A DNA stretch of 60,140 bases, the filler included, from Catajapyx aquilonaris (Eukaryota): the NCBI GenBank assembly GCA_000934665.2. It is 2 parts of 2 records of this genome, joined end to end, with 100 filler letters (N's around TTAATTAATTAA, not from the genome) between each part and the next. Parts side by side here need not be neighbours in the genome. Positions count along the whole stretch, not along the records: positions 1 to 29,967 come from JYFJ02004711.1; 1 more part is not named here. The stretch is one strand, 5' to 3'. This document shows, one piece after another, positions 1 through 10,396 of this stretch (position 1 is the first letter of the stretch; each line of letters starts with the position of its first letter). The translations under genes and the position numbers were made by a program. The notes under the pieces were generated by a model, which saw only the letters and a list, made by a program, of their open reading frames with translations, was not told the origin of the DNA and ran no database searches.

Positions 1-977
1 TTGTAGTGGACCCCTTGCCACCAGCAGGGACCATGGCCAGACAAGGCAGTGCCCGAGTTCCAGAACACGTCAGTTCTCTCTAACATTTTATTCTAGAATG
101 AACACTAATAAATTCTTGTTGCTACACAACAACAATAACACAATGTGGCCAACAGGACCACTACAATATAATTATAATTGGCTAGGTGTGTTTGTGGGGT
201 GGGAGGCATGGGGTTGCTTGGGGAGGGGGGTGTGGGCTACCAAAGGAGTCTTACATGTGTCTTACTCTCACCAGTGATCATCCCAACTTGAATATCAACA
301 TTTGCACTGAGGAAGGTGGGGCGATTTGCATGTTGGGTGTATCTCCCCATCATAATGACGACATATATGGAGGGGGTCTCGCTTAAGAGGCCCAATCTTC
401 CTTAGTATTATACTAGCCAACAGGACTGATATGGCCACATGTAGTTCACATGTAGGGCTACAACATACGTGAAAACCAGCGAAAAATAAAGGGGTATAGT
501 TTTAAAAATTAAATGTTTAAAATGTGCAATTTCAATCTTTTTAGTGCAAAAATTTAAAATTTTAAAATTAACCATAGAATACGATTATATCAACCTTTCT
601 GAGTAAATTGATATCAAAAGCACATCTGTCTTACGATTAGTTACGGAGAAACAGCCAAAAGAAAAATGTCTCTCAAAGAAAAGGCTCAAAATTACCACCC
701 CCCCAAAAACGGGTAAAAATCAAAATATTTCAAAACGCTTTGGTACAATGTTTTAGCAGCGCTAGGTCACCATAACCTGTGAATATCATTCAAATCCGCC
801 ACATCAAGGGTACAAAGGGGGCCCCACTGACATGGAATGACCCCTATTAGAAACACATAACTTTGTCAAATATTGCTCAATTTTCATGAGACAAGTTTCA
901 TTTTGTTAGCTGCTTTACGCGTGTATTCGCTTTGCGCGGCGCTAGGGCTCGGCACCTCCCCGTGGGGCCCCACTTGT

Positions 978-1123
978 GCTGTGGAACTGACATCTCCATA
1001 AGTTCAGCGCCTCTTATGGCACAGCTATGCACTAACGCCTATAGAGCCGTATAGAGCTGTAGGCGTTAGTGCATAGTTGTGCCATAAGAGGCGCTGGACT
1101 TATGGAGATGCGAGTTCCACAGC
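978..1123. repeat. Long imperfect inverted repeat (hairpin, foldback MITE-like)
   Basis: Arm 978-1044 (gctgtggaact..catctccataagttcagcgcctcttatggcacagctatgcactaacgcctatag) is the near reverse complement of 1057-1123, with ~5 mismatches and a 12-nt loop. Confidence 0.85.
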
Positions 1124-1897
1124 AGGATTCCATTGCACATAAATATTAGCACCACTGCCGGAAGAGATAACGGCACAGCTTTTTCTATTGCCCTGGAATA
1201 GAAGTGTCCCTGGGCTTGGGGTCGCGAGGAAGGGTTGTGACCTTGAACCGAAAAGAAATTTCGCCTGCGGCGGGCCCTGCACACCCCTCCCCCTGCAAGA
1301 GAAATTTCTGTATGCACTACTGACAGCGACAAATGTGGGCCCAAAGACGCATGTATGCACAGGTCTTTATAACCTCCCCCCCCCACCTATACCCTTGTGC
1401 CCCCCCCCCCCCCANATTTCTGAATCCGCCACTGACAGGGTGTTTAACTCGGTAATCCCCCAAAAGAATCGACTAAGTTATATTATTTTTTCTTCCTACT
1501 CTACAGTAGGGACAAGATAACCTCAGAGAATATAAGTTGTGTTCATCAACGTCTGCCCACCTCTCTGCCGAGTTTTTTTTGTATAGGAATCTAGAACGTT
1601 TGGCATGGGGTAAAGTTCGGCTGCACTACTACAATGGGGGGAGAGGGGGGAGCAATGATAAAGAAGAGGTTGACATACTCTCTTCCTCTTGCCGCCCACT
1701 CTTCACCTTCCACCCTCCTCCTTCCAAGAACACCTCCTCGCTCTCAGCAATAACCAATCAACGTCCACAATTTTGAATGGGCAATGCTTGGCGCCATCAA
1801 ACATTCTGGAATTCCACATGTGATTGGTTATCATACTAGCTGGGAACCTTCAAGAAGAGATAGGACCCTCAGGCGCTTCAGTACCTGGACAACGACA

Positions 1898-2815
1898 ATG
1901 GCGTTAGCCAAGGTGATCTTGCTCTTCATAGTGGGCTGGTGCTTGGCCAATATTGTTCCCTTCGCCAACACCAAAAGTGACAGTGACAGTGGAAACCAGG
2001 ATGCCTCATTACAAGCCATGTTGACGGCATGGTTGGCGACCTTCTCTTCGCCATGTCCAACAGACGCAGTCATCCCGACGAATGCGACCCAGAATGACGC
2101 AACCACAGACACACTTCCCCGCAACGAATCAACTACACCCATTCGAGAAAGCAACCCCAGGTAGAATCAATCAGGTGCGTGGTTCCGGCTCTAAGTTCAC
2201 TATTCCTCTCCTATTTCGTTTCAGGAAGAAGCTACCAGCATTTCGACGACTGCATAAGAACCGAATGGGACAGAAGAGGTATCAAGGTATGTGGCACCGG
2301 GGTATTCAGACTTTATTCACACGTGAGCGAACATGGACACATGTGATCAGGACAGCAGTTTTGCAGCCGAACTGTAGTGGGAGGGTACCGGTATATAAAT
2401 CTCTCAAATTTTTTTTAGACACCGACTATGGACTACATAGTACAGTATGAGTGAATGATATCTCTGTGAAATTGGAGTGGGTGTTTATGACAGCAAGCCT
2501 TGCGAAGCTGTAACGCCTTTGTACTTCACTCGACCTTGCTGTCTAGCTATAGGCTGAGAGGACAGGATGTGGCTGGGAAGGAAACGGGGATCGGTATCAA
2601 ATGACACTACACTGATTATATTCATTTCCTTCTGGACAGACAAGCTGATGGTCATTCGCAGCAAACAGGACTACGTGGACAAATACTGCTTACCTAGGTT
2701 GAAGATCGTGAACGAAACCTATTACGGACAATGCATTGACAAACCACAGGTGAGGCTCTTGGCTGATACTGTGCTGACCACCTCAGCCTATAATGACCTT
2801 AGCCTGATTCTGAGA

Positions 2816-2879
<64 letters not shown>

Positions 2880-3127
2880 TATTGCAGAAGCTTACCATCG
2901 TTGAAATTGAAAAACTGGAGTTACTACGTAGAAGATTGAGTCTGGTTATGAAGAGTTCCCTTGATGTGCAGATTGGAGACCTCTTTCAAGGACTACTTGG
3001 TCAGCGCAGGCCAAGAAAACGGTTTCGTCAGGTGGAGGACGAGGACCCGGCCATCGAAGCAAAGAAGAAGAGGGGGGAGGATGAGGATGGTTGTAACAAC
3101 AGCACCCCAAAAAATCAGGAAAATTAG
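1898..3127 (+). CDS. Candidate 4-exon orphan gene, ~224 aa: signal-peptide-like N-terminus, Thr/Ser/Asp-rich segment, Lys/Arg/Glu-rich C-terminus
   Basis: Exons 1898-2160, 2225-2286, 2640-2749 and 2888-3127 join through GT-AG introns with compatible phases (2,1,0) into a 675-nt stop-free frame. The start is hydrophobic (MALAKVILLFIVGWCLA) and ATTAAA lies at 3216-3221. The first donor (gtagaa) is weak and I recognise no homolog. Confidence 0.45.
2816..2879. repeat. (ACT)n microsatellite, intronic in the gene model above
   Basis: About 21 ACT units seen directly; they produce the poly-Thr in ORF 2567..3127. Confidence 0.95.
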
Positions 3128-4265
3128 TGGCAGTCTCGAGACAGACTGTCCATTTATATCATCTTTTTAAAAATGCGATTATTCATACAGAATGGTGACG
3201 TTATGCTGGTACAGTATTAAAACATTCAGGAAATGAAACCAATCTTTGAGATGTATGCAAATGGAAGATGTTTTGAGAGGCAGTAAAGTCAGGTTTTAAA
3301 TGTAGATATCTTTTTCATTTTCGCTCTTCAGTTTTACAGGTTTGTCTCTGTGAATGTGTGAAGAATGAGAAGCTGCAATTTAGTTTACAAGTAAGCCTAC
3401 TACATATTGGCTAACATAAATGACTTAAACACTAACACGTGACGTTCATCATAAAAAAACAACAGTCATCACAAGAAATATATTTAACACAATCATACCC
3501 TGGAAAACCAGAGGTTGGGCCAAATTACCATGAAATGTGCTATACTAGAGACTATAACAGACATGGCCCTGTCCAGGATGACAGTGGACGTGAGTCACGC
3601 GACAAAAACAAGAATCATTTTTATTTTATGCTAATACAAAAGGCCGCGGTAGGAACCGCTGACCTAAAGGATCCTACTTAATTCAGTTATAATCACGGAG
3701 GAGAAATCTGCATAAACACTGAATTAATTTCACAGGTATGACCTTCAAAGCCCCTTTTCTCAAATCTGTACTCATGTGGGTTGACGCATTATTGCATAAC
3801 ACCGTCCCATTGTCAAATACAGTAGGTACCCGTTTCACACCACTCCATTTTACGCCGTTTTACGTTAACGCCACACCGCGCCGGTTTGAAAATGACATTT
3901 ATAAAAATTTTAAATTGAAAAATTGTGAAAAATATGACAATAACAACACAATCTGAACATTAGCACAACATTTCAACACTTTTGAGTCCAAACGCACGAC
4001 CATAAAATAATGCTATTATTTTGTCTTTCGTGTGCCTTGTGGCGGGTTCTATCGACAAATACAGTACCGTGTTGTTTGTCTCATCGGAACCCTCCGAAGT
4101 CTGTTAAATACCCTACTGCAGTTCTTCCCAGTCTACTGCAGTTCTTGCCAAAAGAAGGAAAAACAGGCCTCAGAACCGATGAACCTTAAGCTGGAACCTT
4201 AACCATTAAACGTGCATTATAAATGTTTGAAATAGTCGGCATTAAAAACTGCAACTTAATTAGGC

Positions 4266-4266
<1 letters not shown>

Positions 4267-4334
<68 letters not shown>

Positions 4335-4608
4335 TCATACCCCGTTATCAGCCGGCGGCTCTTTAGGGGGGAATTTTGTTTTGACTGGAACTCTTTCTTT
4401 GCATTTTACTTCGCTTTTTGGGGATAGGATAGGGACGGAAGGAAGCGGCTATGGCCTATTATTTTAGGAAACAACCCCGGCATTTACCTGGAGGGACCGT
4501 GGGAAACCACAGAAAACCATGGTTAGGGTTGCCGGCCCCGGGGATCGAACCCAGGACCTCCCGATTAGCAGTCGGATACCATATCCCCTCCGCCACCACT
4601 GCTTCGGT
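4267..4608 (-). mobile_element. tRNA-derived SINE, family A, copy 1, with (TTA)n 3' tail
   Basis: The minus strand begins accgaagcagtggtggcggaggggat (A-box-like), then tccgactGCTaatcggga (anticodon-like stem) and GGTTCGATCCC (B box). The body is shared with copies at 13478 and 17034. The (AAT)n tail is at 4267-4333. Confidence 0.9.
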
Positions 4609-5063
4609 ATAAGTAAATAAATAAATAAATAAATAAATAAACAAATAAATAAATAAATAAATAAATGTGCACACTTTGTCCTTTATTAATAGGGATAATG
4701 TAGTGAAGGCTGTATCCAATTTTTCTAAACAACCACCTTCAGCAATATTATTTTCAACCAACTCTGATGATTGGATCTTCTCTCGTAAAAACTCTGTAAT
4801 CTCGCACGGATTAATGTATCGAGATTGATATCTGATTGATCGTTAAAAGGTGCCTAATAAAAACTGAAAAAACAAATCTTAACGGGCTCATCGAATACAC
4901 AGATATTTACACTATAACTAACGCCCAATATTATGGCCAAGAATGGTTTTTCCCTCAGGACCTTCCGCTAATACTGTACCATTATACCTGTGTATCCAGA
5001 CTTTTAGGTCACCCTGTATACAGTATATCCTAACGTTATCCGCAATGCAATGGCTCCTGGAAT

Positions 5064-6386
5064 GACCTCGAGGAACACCCTGCAACAGTCAAGGATTACT
5101 TCTGTTTCAGAATCAAGCTTCTCAACAGAGTAACAAGCCCCGATCTTACTGGAAGAATAATTCTTCGAACCTGTTTGCAGACAAGGCCAGCCATGCTCGA
5201 CAGAACGCCCTTTCAGAACGAGCACTTGGCATGGAACAGATTGAAAACCGAATTCATAAGGTAGGCCTACTGGTAACTGCTTAAAAACTAACACCTTAAT
5301 GGAAAACTGATAACTGAAAAAGACACCTCAATATATTTGAACTCACTGTATAAGCAGTCATTTTTCACACATACACATCACTGAAGGCATGCATATTAAG
5401 AGCAGCCTACAGGGTGATTCTCTCGAATGGAAACCCAAACATACATTCCTCAATAATTTTTAAACTATTATGCCCGATCATACAATAAATTATATCCTTA
5501 GCAGCCATTGCTGAATTATACCGGTAGGTGAAGTTGTAGGCTACCTGAGGTTAAGGTGTTGACGAAGATCGACCACCTCCAGCAACATCCTGTAATAGTA
5601 GATGACGTCTGTTTCAGATGGAAGCATTTCGACAACTTAATGAGCCAGAACGGTATTGGAAGGGTCCTTCTAAGATGGAGTTTCCTGAGAAGATTGTGAG
5701 AACACCCAGCATGCTCAATAGCAGCCGCTACAGGGCTAAAACCTGATGAGCCTCAAAAGATGGAGGAACGAGTTCGCCAGGTATACTAGTACTATTGCAG
5801 TACTATTGCAGAATCATATCCTCACACTCCATAATTTAAAATAATATGCTTCATACGTGGAAGAAAACACCCGAATCAACTGTTGGGATACCCCCTATAA
5901 ATAACTGTTACTTCCAGTTCCACCTATACAGTACTGTATACTATATTCGGGAAAATGGGGTGAATAAGGACACTTTTTGGCTTTTTGTTTGTTGTCACTG
6001 TTTGAATGAATTTTTTAAAAATAGTACCGTATAGGCGTATATTATATACTGTATTTTAATCTTCGGCCCTTAGGCCTAAGCATGCTATAGCCCAAGCAGT
6101 TTTTCTCTCATTCTGTAATCCTGTCACGAATATGCTGGCCAATATTTGCGAAAGGATCAAAATAATTGATGGTAAGGTGTTGTCGAAGGTTGACCACCTC
6201 CAGCAACACCCTGCAACAGCCGAGGATTACGTCTGTTTCAGAATCAAGCTACTACACAACGTAAAAAAAAAAACCCCGAACCCTATTGGAGGAGACCTCC
6301 TAAGCCGACGTTTGCTGAGAAGGCCTCCCAAGGTCTCTGTTGCTCGAGCACTTGAGATTCAACAGATGGAAAAGCGTGTTCAACAG
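5064..6386 (+). pseudogene. Three diverged tandem exon-like paralogous units (5064-5260, 5553-5780, 6174-6386)
   Basis: Shared peptide motif: DLEEHPATVKDYFCFRIKLLN / DHLQQHPVIVDDVCFRWKHFDN / DHLQQHPATAEDYVCFRIKLLHN. Shared endings: EQIENRIHK / QKMEERVRQ / QQMEKRVQQ, each followed by GT in phase 0. Copy 1 is frameshifted, copy 2 has an in-frame stop, and copy 3 is open (ORF 6132..6527). Confidence 0.55.
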
Positions 6387-6800
6387 GTTGACGTGGTGGT
6401 AAGGGATAGGGGGATGCTGCTCATATTTTATCTAGACTACGTTGACTATGGGTCTCTGGGGTCGTCAATTAAGTATGTTCCGCCGACCTTCGGCTTTTTG
6501 ACATCCCCCTCCACGGCATATCCATGAGTAAGATTTTCTGACACTATCCTGGAGCTATACTACCCTCAAGACTCACAAGTCAATGGAGTTGATAATATTG
6601 GCACAATAATATAGGCAAGTAAGTTATTTTTTAATGCAAACCGTTTCTGCCTAACGCTACAAGGTCAACAGTTATGACCTCTCGATGTCAGCCCAGACAG
6701 CTTATTGAAGTCAGTGATAGTATTTATGGAAGAAAACAGAACACGGAGGTGTGTCTTCGGACACCAACATCTAGGTTGAAACTACTTTTAATCATTGCAG

Positions 6801-7154
6801 GAGGTGCTGGAGGAGTATGATGAGGAACTGAGGAGTATGATGAGGAACTGAGGAGTATGATGAGGAACTGAGGAGTATGATGAGGAACTGAGGAGAAGCG
6901 AAGAGGAAGCTGAAAGTAAGAAGGAGGGAGAGAGGCGGAAGGTGGAGGAAGAAAAGAGGATGAAGGAGGAAGAGATGAGGACGGTGGAGGAAGCGTGGAG
7001 GAAAAGACATGAGAAGTTTCATGAGGCAGAGATGAAGAAAGAGAGGGAAGAGAGAAGGGAGGAGGCAGGTAGTTTGAGGATGAGGAGAAGAAGAAGAGGA
7101 AGAAGAGGAGGAAGAAGGAGTTTGAAGAGAAGAGGAGGAGGTCTCTTCCTCTGA
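6801..7154 (+). pseudogene. Glu/Arg/Lys-rich (coiled-coil-like) terminal exon interrupted by a 20-bp tandem expansion
   Basis: Acceptor ttttaatcattgcag ends at 6800. The frame reads EVLEEYDEEL, hits a stop inside the repeat, and resumes in the same frame at 6891 (RRSEEEAESKKE... continuing into ORF 6942..7154). Confidence 0.4.
6811..6895. repeat. Minisatellite, 4 x 20 bp (aggagtatgatgaggaactg)
   Basis: Four perfect copies at 6811, 6831, 6851 and 6871, plus a partial aggag. Confidence 0.95.
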
Positions 7155-7576
7155 TCAATCCCAGGATGACACGAATACTGATACACTATTCGAGAAGCTA
7201 AAAAATCCACGAGACCTGACTACACGAGATGTAGATGACATCAGGGCTCACTTCTGCACCAAAAACCTCCCTTCCTCCATGGGCCGCCGGAAGGGATCAC
7301 CACAAAGAACATCAAAGACAAGTAAGTAATGATGTTACGATACATGACCAAAAAAATAAAGCCAAAAAAGCAGAAAGTTATCAGAAACTGCAAGATACAA
7401 ACAAGATTACATTATTGCTCAAATGCATGCTGCACATCGGATCATGTTATCCATATAATAAGACTAATATCCCACAGATCAAGTTATGTTTGTGACCATT
7501 ATGTAAGGTAGAGCCACTTCCGACGCCTATATCGCAGTTGCACACAAAGGCAGGGGTAACTGTGTCGGTGGCTCAA

Positions 7577-7665
7577 TAACTTATGAGTTATTATGATGCG
7601 TTAAACCTGAAAAATACCGCAGCGGTATTTTTCAGGTTTAACGCATCATAATAACTCATAAGTTA
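7577..7665. repeat. Perfect palindrome, 44-bp arms with 1-nt centre
   Basis: 7577-7620 is the exact reverse complement of 7622-7665. Confidence 0.95.
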
Positions 7666-7725
7666 CTCATAAGTGTTCCAGGTTATTGGTTTCACTCCTT
7701 AGTTTTAATATTGAATATATCCCTC

Positions 7726-8075
7726 CTCTGCCACAAGTTATATAGATCTGGTATTGGAACTAGAATGATCAAGGTTATCCAAAGTTTATATGTATATATA
7801 GTTCTGCAAGCATACCTCTGAGAATCCGAATACATGTATATACCTACAGTATGAACAAAGGAATCCTACAAGGCGAAACACTTGGCCCCATTCTTTTCAA
7901 CCTATTTATGGCTGATCTGCAACATTATCTGGTCGACAACAATGTGCATTGTCTAGATTTTGTGGCAAATCAATGCCAAATATCTTCTTGCAATACGGGG
8001 ACGATATTATTTTGTTAGAGTCTGATAATCGTTTGTATTTACAGAAGACGTTCAATATTTTCAGTAGATGAGCAG
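7726..8075 (+). mobile_element. Decayed non-LTR retrotransposon (LINE) reverse transcriptase fragment, central motifs
   Basis: Translates as LCHKLYRSGIGTRMIKVIQSLY ... KGILQGETLGPILFNLFMADL ... (frameshift) LQYGDDIILL. This matches the LINE RT motifs G(V/I)xQGxxLxPxLF and (Y/F)ADD. Confidence 0.85.
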
Positions 8076-9089
8076 AGGTGAGACAAAATATTTAATAAAT
8101 TATTTTGTCTCATTTCAAAGGAAAACATCTTAGTTTGTATGATTTCTTTAAAGACGCATGTGCACTACTAAATCATTGTGATAACATTTAGTAAAGGATC
8201 GCCTAGATTTTGTATATTTACTGTATATGTTGGAGTCCCTCCCCCATACTATAGAACACACGTTCTCTTTGGGGAGTAATAAAATATGATTGATTTGATT
8301 TGATAAATTAATATTTAATAGACAACAGTTTACTGCCTTTTTTTCTCAGGGATGTGAAGAAGAGCCCACTATATATACTCTGGCCGTAATGGGAATCCCG
8401 GATTGAACTTTATAAACAACGTGTATGAAAAAGGGAGAAGGAAAGGCCCAAGGTCGGAATGGAAAAGAAGAAGCTGAAACAGAAATAAATTATTGCGCTG
8501 AATACCCAAACATACAGTGTGACCTGCAACATGCACGCAAAACTCCCTCTAAATACTAACTTATATTTGAATGATAATAATATTGAGTTCAGCGTAATAG
8601 TACAACTCAGGGGTTTTCAGTGGATGTATAAAGTTACGCTTTCCCGTTATTGTACAAAATCTAATGCTGCACAGTATTTTCAATGCAAGAAAAGCTTAGA
8701 CGATGTATTTATAACACACTTACAAAGTTTAATTTTATAACAAATCTAAAGATACACTGGCAAAAATTTCATTCATATTACTGTCATGAGCGTGAAGAAA
8801 AATTCGCAGAGGTGGAGTGAATAATTGAAGGGCTGTGTTCCCACCAGCATCACAGAGAGAGCAAAACGTGAATTTTCTCTTAGATTTATAAAAATCCCCC
8901 TTCCATGATAGTGTGTCGAGCAATAACAACTGTGTGTAGACATTTTTAAGGTATAGACACATAGAGAAAAAATTAGGAAAGGAAATGTAATCATTGCGAA
9001 AACAGATACGTTAAGTGAGAATTTGAAAACATAAGTCCAGAAACTACGGCATGACGTAGTAACCGTGGAAGAATCGGACAAAACCTGAC

Positions 9090-9455
9090 AAAACCTTTAC
9101 TGAAACTGAAATAAGTAGGACTTTGAGAAATTCTTCTATACCTCTTCAGCACCAGACCCGGATCAGATTCTGAATGTAATATTAGTACAGTATAAATTAT
9201 TGCAATAAAAGGAATCTAACGGAGACCTGTGAAGGGTATTAAATAACGTACGCAACAAAGCAGAGGAGCCGAAAGTTTTGGAACGGACCGCAACAAAAAA
9301 AGAGATGAGATCGACTCTCCTGTTCAAAGGAGTTATTCCTCAATCGTGAAGGACAGAGATTCCCATTTACAAAAAAAGGACAGAGAGATGATCCTACAAT
9401 TGTCGACCAATGGCGCTACTGATAAATATTTTGAAGAGTTTAACATTTACTGGCT
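9090..9455 (+). mobile_element. Decayed LINE RT fragment, N-terminal motifs
   Basis: Frameshifted FTETEISRTL..SAPDPDQILNV ... IPIYKK/GQRDDP/NCRPMALL, matching the canonical LINE motifs KAPGPDG and PIxKKG...NYRPISLL. Confidence 0.75.
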
Positions 9456-10265
9456 CAATTATAGCATATCTGTAAACCATAAGAAATCTTACAAGACGAC
9501 CTGTTGAGTCCAATATACGGTATTACTGGTATGTAACTAATTTTGTGCGATATAAACACTAGAGCGATTTCCCAAAACAAGTTCAGTCCACATTTGCCGA
9601 AAATGAGTTATGCCCACAGCCTTGTAGCCCTTACCCAGATCTATCGGTTAGGTCGAACAGGCACTCCGAAAACCCGTTCCGTTTGCTCGGAACTGGGCTC
9701 CAAAGTTTGCGATCTTTCCCAGAACAAGTTCATATTTCCGACCTGTCTCACCGAAAACGAGTTCAGTCCATCTGCGCATGCGTAGTCGCGAGAACGGCTA
9801 ATCAGCCGCGCCTTTTAAAATGGCGGCCGCTCACAGTTTGGGTAATTGGTGCCATGTTTGATCATTAATGGAGTTAAAATGATACCCAGGGGTTTACCCA
9901 GGGTTTTACCTTGCCCTCTGGAACATGGGCTGTCTAATTAATAATTCCTGACGTTGGACCGGTTAGCGATGCATGTCCTCAGCCGCCATGATGTTATCGC
10001 CCAGGCCGATACTGGAATCGATATGATGTCTACATCATGTAGAACATTACATCATTCTACATCATGTTCTACATCGTGTCCCAGTAGCGAGACGCATACT
10101 GTAGGTGGTCGTATCCAGAAATTTGTCCGGTGGCCCGCTGAGCGGGCCGGGCCATAAGCTCCATGGAAAGGCCCCCTTTCACTGGCCATAACTTCATGTA
10201 TAATTGCAATATTCAAAAGCTTTTGGAAACCCCCCTTGGGAATGTTGTGAGATGTGTAACAAAAT

Positions 10266-10396
10266 TTGTTCGGATAAAATCGGTGCATTATGTCACGAGA
10301 TATTTTTGTCACCTCGATTTGTGAATGCGTAACGCAATCACAAATTGAGGTGACAAAAATATTTCGCGAAATTATGCAATAATTTTATCCAAACGA
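10266..10396. repeat. Imperfect hairpin (foldback element)
   Basis: atatttttgtcacctcgatttgtgaatgcgt pairs with acgcaatcacaaattgaggtgacaaaaatat around 10331; pairing extends imperfectly to ggataaaat/attttatcc. Confidence 0.8.

Noticed and set aside
2567..3127. Single-exon 186-aa poly-Thr ORF
   Set aside because: The poly-Thr comes from an (ACT)n microsatellite inside a GT-AG bounded interval; a spliced model fits better.
4530..4608. tRNA gene on the minus strand (also 21668-21740 on plus)
   Set aside because: No full cloverleaf acceptor stem. Both continue into a SINE body with a microsatellite tail and TSDs or multiple copies, so they are SINE heads.
5740..5780. Hammerhead ribozyme core CTGATGA (also ~4764, ~13219, ~13970 and ~26088 on minus)
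   Set aside because: No stem II followed by GAAA with matching stems I and III could be found by eye.
6811..6895. CRISPR-like array
   Set aside because: Head-to-tail 20-bp units with no spacers and no cas genes, in a eukaryotic context.
9987..10016. HDVIAQADTG resembles the eIF4A DEAD-box segment DVIAQAQSGTGKT
   Set aside because: Only ~7 matching residues, with no GKT and no other helicase motifs nearby; compatible with chance.
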